Notes: a model not told the origin generated them from the letters alone. A stretch of 64,000 nucleotides of DNA from a virus (IMGVR_UViG_3300037524_000424:1-64000); one strand, 5' to 3'. Positions 34,945-45,571 are shown, numbered from the stretch's first letter. Numbers and translations are program-made.

Positions 34945-36657
34945 ATGGGAATGAGGGTGAGCGACCAAAAGGGTTCAAAACTGTCTGGTGGCGATACTAA
35001 TTTAACTACTGATCGTGCCGAAGACAAGGATAATAAAGACAATCTTACTCTAAGTACGACCTCAACTATGAAGGATGCCGCCCCCAATTATAACGCATCC
35101 CAAGCGAAAGCACCAGCACAACAAGGGTCAGCAGCAGGAGAAAGATTTCGTTCGCTAAGGTCTTATATTGATAAGAGTAAGGCGAATATGGCAGGACGGA
35201 TCGGGCAAGGACTTCAACAAAGAGAACAAGCTGCTGTGGGAGAAATTAAACAAGCAGAAGGCACAGTAAATCGTCAGATTAAAAAGGTAGAGGACGCCCA
35301 AGCGGGCGCAACTGACTTTGGTTTTCAGGGACCTACTCCAGCAGCTCCAGTAGCCGCTCCAGCATCTACTGAAACTCCTCCTACACCAGTCAAACCAGAA
35401 ACCCCAGTATCCGCGGCAATTCAAGCAAAAGATACCTTTACTCCCGAAGAAATAGAAAAGTTCCAAGGATTAATCACATCCAAGGCACCAGAATTTACCA
35501 TTCCAGGAGTATCTAACATAGGTAATACCGTTGCTGAGTTAGGCAAGTCTGCTGCCGGTTTAGGGACTGAACAAGGAAGGTTTGAGGAGTTAAGACGCAA
35601 CTTGGGAGCAGGAAGAGGATATAGTGCTGGGGCACAACAACTTGACCAACTTCTACTTCAGACCCAGAAAGGTGAAGCATCCAAGTTGAAAGAATTGCAG
35701 AAAACTGTAGGAAAGGATAGTAGAGAGCAGTTACAAGGATTAGCAGCAAACGTAGATAATCAAACTCAAAAATTGGGACAAGCAGGAATTGATATAAAAA
35801 AGGCATTGACTGAAGGATTAAAAGCAGCACAGGAAGATGTAGTAGAAAGATCCAAAAAGGCAATGGAAGCATTTAAAGGAAGTGATGATTATAAAAAGCT
35901 AATTGCTGGCGGTTATAGTGAAGAAGAAATACTTCAATATTTACAAAATACGTTGACTCCTGGTTATGAAAATAAAATGAAGGGGGGCGGTAGAATAGGA
36001 AATAAAGCTATAACTTCAGGAGAGGCATCGGGAGATTTGTTATCCAACTTTTATGGATTAACTCCAGAACAGGTTTCAAATCTAATGACCGATGCTAAAA
36101 ATCAAGCAACCAATGTAGGTAGTTATAGTGGAATATTGAGCGAAAAAGACAGGAACGTATTAAAGAATTTAGGATTATTAGGCGGGTCTGTTATTCCTAT
36201 TGATTCAGCAGAAGATTTAGGTTATGCTGACGATACTTCAATTGATAAGATTAGACAATCAGCTTTAGACAGCGTTATGAAAGGAGTTACGGAAAGAAAG
36301 GACGAATATAAAAAAGTAGAAGATACATATAATACCGAAGTTAATAATTTAGTCACTGCCCAACAAATTTTAGAGAAAAGGGTAGATGATATTTATAAAC
36401 TAATGAAATTGGCTTTCCCCCCTAGGGATAGACCTTATACTCAAGAAAACGTCGATGCTTATAATGCTTATAATGCTGCTACCGCAGCTATGGCAAGGGA
36501 TTATGGTGCTGGATATGATTCTTCTTGGTTTGGAAAATTATGGAATAATCCACAATACTTTAAAGATTTACATAAAAATACTGCAATCTCTCCAGCTTTA
36601 AAGAAGTTAGAAGATAAATTCAAAACAGATACAGCACAATTTAGAAGACCTAAATAG
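34945..36657 (+). CDS. probable internal virion / DNA ejection protein
   Basis: Ala/Gln-rich helical protein in the post-tail cluster. Confidence 0.6.
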   Translation: MGMRVSDQKGSKLSGGDTNLTTDRAEDKDNKDNLTLSTTSTMKDAAPNYNASQAKAPAQQGSAAGERFRSLRSYIDKSKANMAGRIGQGLQQREQAAVGEIKQAEGTVNRQIKKVEDAQAGATDFGFQGPTPAAPVAAPASTETPPTPVKPETPVSAAIQAKDTFTPEEIEKFQGLITSKAPEFTIPGVSNIGNTVAELGKSAAGLGTEQGRFEELRRNLGAGRGYSAGAQQLDQLLLQTQKGEASKLKELQKTVGKDSREQLQGLAANVDNQTQKLGQAGIDIKKALTEGLKAAQEDVVERSKKAMEAFKGSDDYKKLIAGGYSEEEILQYLQNTLTPGYENKMKGGGRIGNKAITSGEASGDLLSNFYGLTPEQVSNLMTDAKNQATNVGSYSGILSEKDRNVLKNLGLLGGSVIPIDSAEDLGYADDTSIDKIRQSALDSVMKGVTERKDEYKKVEDTYNTEVNNLVTAQQILEKRVDDIYKLMKLAFPPRDRPYTQENVDAYNAYNAATAAMARDYGAGYDSSWFGKLWNNPQYFKDLHKNTAISPALKKLEDKFKTDTAQFRRPK

Positions 36658-36666
36658 GAGAATATA

Positions 36667-37737
36667 ATGGCTGACACTAAAAGCGATACAATTTCTGGAG
36701 CAGGACAGGGTGCCGCTACAGGTGCAACAGTGGGTTCGGTGGTTCCCGGAGTAGGAACTGCCATTGGTGCCGGGGTTGGTGCCGTTGTTGGGGGATTATC
36801 TTCCTATTTTGGATCAAAATCTGCCAGTAAGAAAGCAAAGGCAGCAGAAGCTGAAGCACGACGACTTTACGAAGAACAGCGACAAATGTGGATGAGTTTG
36901 GGTCTTCCTGATAAAGAAGCGTCAATGTATGCTTTGGAAAATTTGACTTCAGCAGGAGTATTAGTTCCAGAATCAGAAAAAGACTTAGGTCAAATACAAT
37001 CCCAAATGGAGGACATCCAAGGCGATCCGCGATTAAAGCAAGCACAGATGGATGCCTTAGCCGCAATGCAAGCTCGTAGCCAGGGACTTACCCCAGAAGA
37101 CTTAATTCAAATTCGCAAGACTCGTCAAGATATTTCTGGACAACTAGCTAATCAAGATGCTAATATAGTCCAAAATCTTCAACAAAGAGGTATGGGCGGT
37201 TCCGGTGTAGAACTAGCAATGCGTCAAGCTGGAGGACAACGTGCATTAGCTCAAGCAAGTGATGATGCTGACTCTTTGGCAGCAATGCAATATAACGCTA
37301 AAATGCAGGCATTACAACAAGCCGGCACAATGGCAGGCAGCATGGGACAACAAGAGTTTGCTCAGGAAGCCCAAAAGGCTGGAGCTATGGACGCTATGTC
37401 TCGCTTTAATATGGATAATCAAATGGGTCGCCAACAAAGAAATGTTGCAGGAAGAAATATGGCACAAGCAGCCAATCAAGCTAACGAACAAAGAATAAGG
37501 GATGCTAATATTGGATTTCGTCATGATGAGGCAAAAAATAAAGCAAATTGGGGGCAACAAAATTTTCTAAACCAAGTTATGAAATTACAAGGAGCAACAG
37601 GACAAACTGGTAATTTTGCAAAGTTAATCAGTGATAGTGGAGCAAATAAGGCAGCAAACGAAACAGCAATGTATAATGCATTCGGTGATGCATTTAAAGG
37701 GCTAACTACTGCAGCGGGTAAATACTACGACTCTTAA
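36667..37737 (+). CDS. DNA transfer/ejection protein (P22 gp7-like)
   Basis: GAATGATVG...GTAIGAGVGAVVGG N-terminus, Q/A-rich body. Confidence 0.7.
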   Translation: MADTKSDTISGAGQGAATGATVGSVVPGVGTAIGAGVGAVVGGLSSYFGSKSASKKAKAAEAEARRLYEEQRQMWMSLGLPDKEASMYALENLTSAGVLVPESEKDLGQIQSQMEDIQGDPRLKQAQMDALAAMQARSQGLTPEDLIQIRKTRQDISGQLANQDANIVQNLQQRGMGGSGVELAMRQAGGQRALAQASDDADSLAAMQYNAKMQALQQAGTMAGSMGQQEFAQEAQKAGAMDAMSRFNMDNQMGRQQRNVAGRNMAQAANQANEQRIRDANIGFRHDEAKNKANWGQQNFLNQVMKLQGATGQTGNFAKLISDSGANKAANETAMYNAFGDAFKGLTTAAGKYYDS

Positions 37738-37749
37738 TAGGAAATAAAT

Positions 37750-38079
37750 ATGTCTGAGAGATTTGATAAAATTAAAGAAAAACTGAACAATAAAGAAGTC
37801 GATAGCAAAACAGATCACTATGAAGATATGTTGCGTACACTACAAGAACGAAAAGCAAGAAAAATGAGGAACTATCTTCAAGGAAGACCCGAATTAGATA
37901 AAACAAGAATTGATGCACTGGATATTATACCTGGTAATAGAATAAAAGAAGTAGAAGATAGTGATGCAATTAGAATAGAGAAAGGACAGGATATAAATGA
38001 ATTGCCTGATATGAAAGAAGTTAGTGACGACATTAGACATTATAGGAAACTACTAGAAGAAGCCAAAAAGAAAAAGTAG
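37750..38079 (+). CDS. hypothetical charged protein
   Basis: ORF in the ejection cluster. Confidence 0.55.
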   Translation: MSERFDKIKEKLNNKEVDSKTDHYEDMLRTLQERKARKMRNYLQGRPELDKTRIDALDIIPGNRIKEVEDSDAIRIEKGQDINELPDMKEVSDDIRHYRKLLEEAKKKK

Positions 38080-38087
38080 GTAATACA

Positions 38088-39413
38088 ATGCAAGATAATC
38101 AATTTAAAGCACCAACGATTGAAGAACTTTTAAAAAGTTATTATGACCAAACTCCGGTCATGATGAGGGACGTTCCTCAGACTCCTATAGTCGAAAATGA
38201 ACCCCCTCAAGAACCAGTAGAACAAATCCCACAACCAGTAGTGGCACCTCAACCCATAATTCCTCCAAAACAAGCAGTAAGTCCAGAAGAAATCCAGGGG
38301 ATATTAGCTAGTCCAAGTCAACCGGTTCCTGCTGAATCTCCTAGTGAAGCAGAAAGACTTCAGGATTTATTAGCTCAATCAAGGAAATCTCGGGCACTAA
38401 CTGAAGGTCTTGCCAACGTAAGTGAAGGAATTAAACGTGCTGCTTCTGCCTATGCCGGACGAGGACTTACTCAGATTAAACCCGACGTTAGCATGGAAGA
38501 AAAGATGCGCGCTAGTGCTGAACGAGACTTTAAAGAAGGTATCGACGAGTTTCAAGCGAGCAGGAAACTTCAGCAAGAAAAAGATGCTGAGGATGCTAGA
38601 AAGAGGATGGAAAGTCCAGAAAGCGAAGAAAGTCAGAGGTATAGAGAGTTTTATGCTAAGACTTTGAAGATGGATATTCCTGAAAATGTGACTGCTGCTA
38701 TGTTACACGATAAGTTTGGAGCTTTATCTAATTTAGCAGCAAGAGGTGGAGACAACAAGGACAATAATTTAGCCGAAAGAAAGTTTTTACTAGATCAAGC
38801 AAAGTTTGCATTTGCCCAAACTGCCCCAAAAAGAAAAGAGGCAGAAATGGACAAAAAAGAAGAACAGAAGATTAAGACTGAAAACCGTTCCATGAGAAAG
38901 GATTTAGATAAAGCAGAAACCGCATTACAAGCGCAGATTAAGCAACTAGAAGAAGCAAACAAATCATTCGATAAATTTAGTAAGGGAGTTGGTCCTGGAA
39001 CTGGTCCTTTGGCTACTTTAGGCGGAATTAGAAAATATACTAATCAAGAACTAGAGGGACTTGATTCTAAGTTTAAGAAAATTGGACTAGATGAAATGGT
39101 TAAGATGTTTCAAGGTATGTCAAAAGCGGTTGATAGTGACGCAGAAAGACGAGCATTTGAAGCAACACAACCGTCTATTACATTAGATGATCCAACAAAT
39201 AAAGAATTACTTAGTAAAAAACTAGAAGCAGCTAAGTCATTACTTGCTAAAACTAAGGCAGCAAAAAATCAGTTTGATAAAACCGGGGACTTCGTTCAAC
39301 AAGAATCTCCTTCCTCTATGTTGTCACCTAAAGACCAACAAGCATTGGATTGGGCTAATAAAAATCCTGAAGACCCTAGATCTGCCGCTATTAAACAAAA
39401 ACTAGGAATGTAA
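38088..39413 (+). CDS. probable ejection protein
   Basis: Helical; C-terminal QALDWANKNPEDPRSAAIKQKL motif. Confidence 0.6.
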   Translation: MQDNQFKAPTIEELLKSYYDQTPVMMRDVPQTPIVENEPPQEPVEQIPQPVVAPQPIIPPKQAVSPEEIQGILASPSQPVPAESPSEAERLQDLLAQSRKSRALTEGLANVSEGIKRAASAYAGRGLTQIKPDVSMEEKMRASAERDFKEGIDEFQASRKLQQEKDAEDARKRMESPESEESQRYREFYAKTLKMDIPENVTAAMLHDKFGALSNLAARGGDNKDNNLAERKFLLDQAKFAFAQTAPKRKEAEMDKKEEQKIKTENRSMRKDLDKAETALQAQIKQLEEANKSFDKFSKGVGPGTGPLATLGGIRKYTNQELEGLDSKFKKIGLDEMVKMFQGMSKAVDSDAERRAFEATQPSITLDDPTNKELLSKKLEAAKSLLAKTKAAKNQFDKTGDFVQQESPSSMLSPKDQQALDWANKNPEDPRSAAIKQKLGM

Positions 39414-39415
39414 TC

Positions 39416-41254
39416 ATGGAAGACAATTTCGATCCTGACAAATATTTAGCAGAAGAGGAATTTAATCCTGATGCTTATTTAGGTGAAGAACCTATCGTTC
39501 AATCTCCAACAGAACCAACGCAGTTAGAATCAGGACTTCGTGGAGCAGTCCAAGGTACATCAGTTGGAATGGGTGACGAATTAGGAGCAAGTGCACTAGC
39601 TATTCCTGAAACGATCAGGCAAAGACTTGCCCAGTATCTCCCGGGCAGCCCAGAAAATGTCGATAAACAACTTAGAGAACAAGGATTTACCGGAGATATA
39701 CAACAACCCAGCGTTTTAGAAAACTATCGTCAACTAAGAGACACATCCAGAGAAGCAGATAAAGCAGCCAAAGAAGCTAATCCTTGGACTTACGGTCTTA
39801 GCGAAGTCGCCGGAGCAGCACTACCTGCTTCATTAGTTGGAGTTCCTGCTTCTTTAGGTGGAGCAGCAGCCTTAGGTGCCGGCTATGGAGCAGTTCAAGG
39901 ACTTGGAACTAGTGAAGCCGATTTGACTAAAGGAGAGGTAGGACAAGCAGCTATTGATACTGCCATTGGTGCAGGTCTTGGTGGTGCTATACCAGTAGCC
40001 GGAAAGTATGCGAAAGAAGGTGCTATACTTGCCGCTAAAGGAATAGGTAAAGTCGGAGAAAAACTAGCAGATGTAGCAGGGGAAAACTTAAAGCAACTTG
40101 GTACTATATATAAAAACGCCAGAGATGGGATTGCCACTTTAGGAAAGAAAGCAGGAGATGCTAGCGACCAACAAATGATGCAAATAGCGAAAGGTATTTC
40201 TAATAAAGTAAACTCCTTTAAAAAAGAATCCAATAAGATTATAAGTGACGGTCTAAAAGGGGATAAGCTCGACTTTACAGATAGCGTTGTTCAACAGAAT
40301 AAAGTTTTAGATGATCTTATTGAGAAATCCAAATTGAACGAAGATGCTATGAAACTGCTAAAGAGCGTTAAGGGATCTTTCAATAATCTGATGGAAGGGT
40401 CTAACGTAAATAAGTCAACTGTATCAAAAGAAGTAAAGTCTCTTATATTACCTCCCGGGGTTGCACCAAAACCGGCTAAACCCAGCTATCAGACAGAACC
40501 TCAGGATTTCTTTGACTTCCAAGAAAAGATTAATTCCTATGCTAATATGGCACAAAAGAACGACTTTACAAAAGAATTTGCCCCGGTTATTCGTCAAATG
40601 TCTGATGCTTTAGAAAATGACGTTCTTTCCAAACTTGGGACAGGGAAGAGAGAATTGGTAGAACAAGGATTTAATCAGTGGAAAGACATTCGTACTGTGC
40701 AACAAACTTTAGGTGAAGGGATAGGAGATTCCTTGGAGTCTAAAGCATTACCAGCCCAAGAAGATTTAAAGAAGCAATTGTTAAGACTGAGTGGTCTTAC
40801 TACTAAAAAGACCCTAGGAACACAACAAGAAGTTGAAAGGGGTATGAAGGCGTTAGAAAGGATTGACCCAGTATCTACCCCCAGTTTGATAAAAGAAATA
40901 CAAAAAGCTGCAAGAATATCAGACATTTCAGCTAAAGCACAAGGAACGTCGGAATCCGCCACAAAAGCAGGAGTCCTGTTAAAAGGTGGAATGATAACAG
41001 CTTCTGGAGTAGGACAAGTAGCCGGAGCACTAAAATACGTCACTAAGCTACCTAGTGCAGCTTACGGTCGTCTTAAAGAAAGCACAACCAACCCTAAATT
41101 AAAGTCATTCTTTGGTAATATGGAAAATAAATCTGATAACGAAAGATCTGCATTGATGTTTGCCGCTATGCAGAATCCTGCTATGAAAGAAGCATTATTA
41201 GAGGCATTGGGAGTTGACTCATCAAGTAATAATGAAGACATAACTCAAGACTAG
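39416..41254 (+). CDS. probable ejection protein (large)
   Basis: FDPDKYL/FNPDAYL N-terminal repeats; Gly/Ala hydrophobic segment. Confidence 0.6.
   Translation: MEDNFDPDKYLAEEEFNPDAYLGEEPIVQSPTEPTQLESGLRGAVQGTSVGMGDELGASALAIPETIRQRLAQYLPGSPENVDKQLREQGFTGDIQQPSVLENYRQLRDTSREADKAAKEANPWTYGLSEVAGAALPASLVGVPASLGGAAALGAGYGAVQGLGTSEADLTKGEVGQAAIDTAIGAGLGGAIPVAGKYAKEGAILAAKGIGKVGEKLADVAGENLKQLGTIYKNARDGIATLGKKAGDASDQQMMQIAKGISNKVNSFKKESNKIISDGLKGDKLDFTDSVVQQNKVLDDLIEKSKLNEDAMKLLKSVKGSFNNLMEGSNVNKSTVSKEVKSLILPPGVAPKPAKPSYQTEPQDFFDFQEKINSYANMAQKNDFTKEFAPVIRQMSDALENDVLSKLGTGKRELVEQGFNQWKDIRTVQQTLGEGIGDSLESKALPAQEDLKKQLLRLSGLTTKKTLGTQQEVERGMKALERIDPVSTPSLIKEIQKAARISDISAKAQGTSESATKAGVLLKGGMITASGVGQVAGALKYVTKLPSAAYGRLKESTTNPKLKSFFGNMENKSDNERSALMFAAMQNPAMKEALLEALGVDSSSNNEDITQD
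41220..41228 (+). promoter_or_regulatory. CATCAAGTA motif copy 11 (inside the CDS end)
   Basis: 36 nt before the next ATG; weaker downstream TATA element. Confidence 0.4.
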
Positions 41255-41263
41255 GATACTATC

Positions 41264-41611
41264 ATGGGAAATGACGACAAATTTGACGTAATTATAGCTC
41301 GCATTGACCGTATGGAAGATAAGCTGGACAAAAGTCAAGAGGACATTAATGAAATAAAGAATAATACCAATTTAATGAGGTTAGATTTGGACTATTTATC
41401 GAGGAAGGTTTCAGTCTTAGAACTAACCGTTGATAAACATGAAGCAATTAATAGTTTAAAGTTTAAAGAAGTATCAACATCTAGTCATTTACTTAAAGAA
41501 AGAGTCAACGAGTTAGAACTTCCTAGAAAATCCTTAAATCTTTTCATGAGAATAATAACCGCTTTGGGTGCAATAGTTGCCTTAATATTTGGTGTTTTAA
41601 AACTTAGATAA
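41264..41611 (+). CDS. coiled-coil protein with C-terminal TM
   Basis: Heptad pattern then IITALGAIVALIFGVL. Confidence 0.6.
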   Translation: MGNDDKFDVIIARIDRMEDKLDKSQEDINEIKNNTNLMRLDLDYLSRKVSVLELTVDKHEAINSLKFKEVSTSSHLLKERVNELELPRKSLNLFMRIITALGAIVALIFGVLKLR

Positions 41612-41645
41612 TCTTAACAATCATACTTTTTTGGAAATATGCAAA

Positions 41646-42326
41646 ATGAACTTTTATGTTTATGCCCACTACCATTCTGAAGATCAAATATTCTATATAG
41701 GAAAGGGTAGGGGCAACAGAGCGTGGAGAGATAATAGTAGAACTGATTTTTGGAAAAATATAGTTAATAAGTATGGTTACCAAGTGATTATTATTGCTAA
41801 TAATTTAGATGAATCTACTGCATTTGAGTTAGAAAAATATCTAATTAAAGAATATGGCAGAAGAGACCTAGGAAAGGGACCTTTAGTTAATCAAACTGAT
41901 GGGGGTGACGGAACCTCAGGTAGTATAAACAATCTAAGAGGCGATGAGCATCACGCTTCTAAACCGGTCATTTGTATAGAAACTGGAGAGATTTTTGAAA
42001 CAGGTAGAGCAGCTAGCTTAAAATATAATATAGATCCTACTAATTTATCTAGTGCTTGTAGAAAGGGCAAGGGTTCGGTTGCCGGACTGCATTTTCAATT
42101 CTTAGATGACAAAAGAATTATGTGTCTCGATGTTGGTACGCATAAAAATGGGGATCACCCAATGGCAAAATCCATAATATGCAACGAAACAGGAGTAGTA
42201 TTCGAAACTGCAAGGGAGGCAGGGAGAACTCTACAAATATCATATAAGGATATATCATATTATTTAACTACAGGCAAAGCACGGACAAAGTTAAATGGGT
42301 ACACTTTTAAGTATTATTTAAAATGA
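41646..42326 (+). mobile_element. free-standing GIY-YIG-type homing endonuclease with two NUMOD1 domains
   Basis: FYVY..10 aa..FYIGKG..R; two KP/SV/IIC.ETG..FET...A repeats; AT-rich. Confidence 0.8.
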
Positions 42327-42331
42327 ATTCT

Positions 42332-42949
42332 TTACGACTCTTCGTCATCATTCAAAAGTTGTTGTAGGACAATATCAACTTCCATAATCATCTGATCTTC
42401 TGGCGAGTTATAAGATTGCAACTTATCCATGTGTTCTTCTAAACTCTTTTCGTTTACATACATCAAATCTTGCTTTCTTTTAGACATTAAGTCATTTCTA
42501 TTAGCTCGAACATTCTCCACACAACTCAACCGATGCTCATCATTCAACGGATTATGTACGTTCTTCTTGGAGTATTTGTTGGTAATAGACGTACTTAGCG
42601 TGTCTTTTTTGGCTTCAAAGAATACTTCCAAATGACGTATTTTTCTGAAGTCTAAGTTAATTTGTCCGGGAATAGTATTGCCGTAGACTTGAACCATAGT
42701 CCCGTAGTCGGTGTTATATCTGATGTTGTTGCTAACTAAGTCCCTAAGACCTTCTTCATTCGGGATATTCTTTAGCACCATATAGACAGGGTTAATGTCC
42801 CAGGTAGCACCGTAGAACTCGTCTGTAAACTTAGCTAAATAGTCCCTCTCTTCTTTGGATAGTTTCTTTACATAGTCGTAGTCGACATATTCTTGGCGTG
42901 ATTGGATGTGTCGGTTAGCACCTAAAGCATCTCTTCGTCTCTTAGTCAT
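42332..42949 (-). CDS. hypothetical phage protein
   Basis: 205 aa; convergent with the late operon. Confidence 0.65.
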   Translation of the reverse strand: MTKRRRDALGANRHIQSRQEYVDYDYVKKLSKEERDYLAKFTDEFYGATWDINPVYMVLKNIPNEEGLRDLVSNNIRYNTDYGTMVQVYGNTIPGQINLDFRKIRHLEVFFEAKKDTLSTSITNKYSKKNVHNPLNDEHRLSCVENVRANRNDLMSKRKQDLMYVNEKSLEEHMDKLQSYNSPEDQMIMEVDIVLQQLLNDDEES

Positions 42950-43290
42950 TTTAGACTCCCTGCCGCTTTAACGGCATAATACATGGTTAGTCCCCCTAAG
43001 AAAAATCCAGCATAGACCCAATATTGATTGTATTCGTTCTTTTTAATCTCAGATTCAAGTCCTTTCCGTAAGTTGTCAATTCTCTCAGTTTGGATTTCAT
43101 TCAATGCGTCATACTTAATCTGAAGTTGCTCCAGTTTCAGCAGTTTCTCATCGTTAGCCCGAAGCTGTAGTTCTTCGTCCTCACTAAATAAATATCCTTT
43201 ATAAGGAGCCGGACTTCCCTTATCTAAGAAAGTCACGGCTAAAGACATCTGCGGTATCAATAAAAACAGCAGGATAACTAAAGGTTTCAA
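42946..43290 (-). CDS. signal peptide/TM plus coiled-coil protein (spanin-like)
   Basis: N-terminal hydrophobic signal, coiled coil, C-terminal TM. Confidence 0.4.
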   Translation of the reverse strand: MKPLVILLFLLIPQMSLAVTFLDKGSPAPYKGYLFSEDEELQLRANDEKLLKLEQLQIKYDALNEIQTERIDNLRKGLESEIKKNEYNQYWVYAGFFLGGLTMYYAVKAAGSLK

Positions 43291-43532
43291 TGTAGCCTCT
43301 TTTTCCAGTATTCAGTAATTTCTTCTGGAGACAAATCTTGGGGTTTAATGACCTCTATTTCGTCTTTTAAGGCACTAATTTCGTCTTGTAGAGTCGAAGC
43401 CTGGGTAGCAGCAGCATTGTCGTTCTGGATGACCTCATTTGCCTTCTTATTGCGTCTGGTGACGAATAGGAAGGTGACTATAGCCGACACTAGCGCACCT
43501 ATAGTCAACAATATTTGTTTGATAGTCTGCAT
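43287..43532 (-). CDS. N-anchored membrane coiled-coil protein
   Basis: ILLTIGALVSAIVTFLFV then coiled coil. Confidence 0.55.
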   Translation of the reverse strand: MQTIKQILLTIGALVSAIVTFLFVTRRNKKANEVIQNDNAAATQASTLQDEISALKDEIEVIKPQDLSPEEITEYWKKRLH

Positions 43533-43534
43533 GA

Positions 43535-44335
43535 TTACTTCCTTACGTTACGAGTATCGTTTAAGGTTTTAACGTATTCGGTAATGAAGTGGTCAACTCT
43601 AGGGTCTACATTGGCATTATAAGCAACACCATCAACTTTAGAGTTTACTATCTTATAGCCCTCGATTACAGGACAATTGCTTCTGGATACACTCAAGTCA
43701 ATATTTTTTCCTAAAAAGTTGATGCTAACATCTTTTACGGTAGTTCCCAATAATGACTTACCGCATTTTACTAGCACTACCTCGTCGGCAAATCCCAAAT
43801 CAACGCAATTCTGACCTTCACACCACATTTCGTTGGAGTACATATCAGAATACTGTTTGAATGTTAGTTTGCCTTCGGTGCGGGCTACTGTTAGATTATC
43901 CAAACTATTGATGCGTTTAAGCCAGAAGTTAAGGCGACTTTCTAGTTCGCCGTTAGGAAATTGACCTCTAATACCTCCGTTGGCACGATGTGACATTAAA
44001 ACGCCGTGGGGAGTGATATAGCGTTTTTTCATACCTTGGACAGTTACAAATCCCATAGAGGCAGAGAAGATGGTGATAGTATTGATTTTGTCAGAGATTC
44101 CGTTTAAGCTGTCGATCATAGAAAGTCCGGCACTAATTTCTCCACCCGGACTGATTAGGACTAGGTACTTATCCCCTAAAGCGGTAAGTTTCTGGAACTT
44201 TTCCACTACTTCGCTGGTGGTTTCAGAACTAAACTCGGCATCTAACAGCACGGTATTTCTGTCGGTCAGAAGGATAGTCCGTTGCGCTAAGGCAAGCGAC
44301 GGCACTAATAGTAGAAAAAGAATAAGATTTCGCAT
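43535..44335 (-). CDS. clpP: ClpP-like serine protease with predicted Sec signal peptide
   Basis: LISPGGEISAG, SASMG, LMSH; N-terminus MRNLILFLLLVPSLALA|Q. Confidence 0.8.
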   Translation of the reverse strand: MRNLILFLLLVPSLALAQRTILLTDRNTVLLDAEFSSETTSEVVEKFQKLTALGDKYLVLISPGGEISAGLSMIDSLNGISDKINTITIFSASMGFVTVQGMKKRYITPHGVLMSHRANGGIRGQFPNGELESRLNFWLKRINSLDNLTVARTEGKLTFKQYSDMYSNEMWCEGQNCVDLGFADEVVLVKCGKSLLGTTVKDVSINFLGKNIDLSVSRSNCPVIEGYKIVNSKVDGVAYNANVDPRVDHFITEYVKTLNDTRNVRK

Positions 44336-44384
44336 GATGTCTCCTAGAAAAGGTTTCTGTTCCCTCTAGGATAACATGAGGATT

Positions 44385-44960
44385 TTACTTTGTCAACAAT
44401 TTTTGTATGTAGAGGTAGGCAAGTGCGATGGCGATAGCTTCGGCGGTGTCGTTTTCATCATAGCCGAGGGAAATGCCGTAGCGGTCGTTAATGAAGTCGA
44501 TTATGGGTTGTTTATGATCTTTGACTTTAGTACGACTTTTGACTTGGACGTTAATGCCGTTTTTGCCCCTCCATTCACCAGGACCTAGCATAGTTAAAAC
44601 GTCCAGATGTTCTATACAGTCCATAAAGATGAAGGCATGAACAAACGTCAACGCTTTAGCCGTCACTATACTGCGGTGTAAGGATATTTCCTCGACTACT
44701 AGTTGGACTACTTCATAGCGGGAGAAAGCGTCCAGGACTATAGGGGAGATTTGGTCGGCTATAGATCTCGCCTTTAATAACGTACTCTTAGGATATTTAT
44801 CCTTGGTATGACCGCTGTATTTGATCGGGACTATGTTACCAGCTTCGACGATGTTGCCTTGTAGGTCAAGAATAGAATATCCTGAAGATGTTGTGCTTAA
44901 ATCGAGTCCGATGATTACTTTTTTAGTCATTTTCGACTTTACCGCTTTTAAACTGCTCAC
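44385..44960 (-). CDS. RuvC-like Holliday junction resolvase
   Basis: IIGLDLSTTSSG, VVEE, DTAEAIAIA. Confidence 0.8.
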   Translation of the reverse strand: MSSLKAVKSKMTKKVIIGLDLSTTSSGYSILDLQGNIVEAGNIVPIKYSGHTKDKYPKSTLLKARSIADQISPIVLDAFSRYEVVQLVVEEISLHRSIVTAKALTFVHAFIFMDCIEHLDVLTMLGPGEWRGKNGINVQVKSRTKVKDHKQPIIDFINDRYGISLGYDENDTAEAIAIALAYLYIQKLLTK

Positions 44961-45300
44961 GAAGTTTTCGTTTTAGTTCTTCTTTAGCTTGAGCGTCCTG
45001 TTGTTGTTTATCTATTTTAGTCTTTTCTTTTTTGGGAGGTCTTTGCTCGGCAGTACCTACTACTATACCTTTTTCGTATTTTTCTAGTTTGTGCTCCAAA
45101 ACCCGCAGGGTGCGTTTTAGGCGCGTTATCTGCTGCTTACGATCGTTAAGTTTGTTTTTTAACTTAGTAAGTTTGGAGTCTTCTCCCTTAGGTTCTTTCT
45201 TAATTGTTTTAGACATACTACCTCCATTACTTCTTATCCTTAAAATGTAGATCGTCCATTTCAGGAAAGTTTCGTCTATAGTAATCGAAGAACATAGCAT
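44923..45300 (-). CDS. basic coiled-coil hypothetical protein
   Basis: Probable start at MSKTIKK after GGAGG. Confidence 0.55.
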   Translation of the reverse strand: MLCSSITIDETFLKWTIYILRIRSNGGSMSKTIKKEPKGEDSKLTKLKNKLNDRKQQITRLKRTLRVLEHKLEKYEKGIVVGTAEQRPPKKEKTKIDKQQQDAQAKEELKRKLREQFKSGKVEND

Positions 45301-45571
45301 TAATGGCTATATGCACAGCATGGGGGAGCAAACTTTCGTTGTCAATATGATTCCCCTTCTTGATTTCGGACAGATGTCGCTCCAATGAATCCAGAGGAAC
45401 ACTAAAGTAGTTACCCTTAGCCCAGTTGAACTTACTGTATTTTCCAGCCTTTTCAACATCAGTTAGCAGCTTCGCCATCATTTCAATGAAACGGGGGTCG
45501 AGGTTGGAGGATTCTGGTTTGCCAGCATTTTTGCGAACAGAACCAGTTGGAGAAACTTGGTCAGACATCAT
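45227..45571 (-). CDS. dATP/dGTP diphosphohydrolase domain protein (DUF5664-like)
   Basis: K..AGKP...L, GKYSKFNWAKG, SLERHL, ID.ES.LPHAVHIAINAMF. Confidence 0.75.
   Translation of the reverse strand: MMSDQVSPTGSVRKNAGKPESSNLDPRFIEMMAKLLTDVEKAGKYSKFNWAKGNYFSVPLDSLERHLSEIKKGNHIDNESLLPHAVHIAINAMFFDYYRRNFPEMDDLHFKDKK

Noticed and set aside
45227-45571. 2-aminoadenine (Z) genome pathway
   Set aside because: DUF5664 alone is insufficient; no PurZ-like gene in the window.
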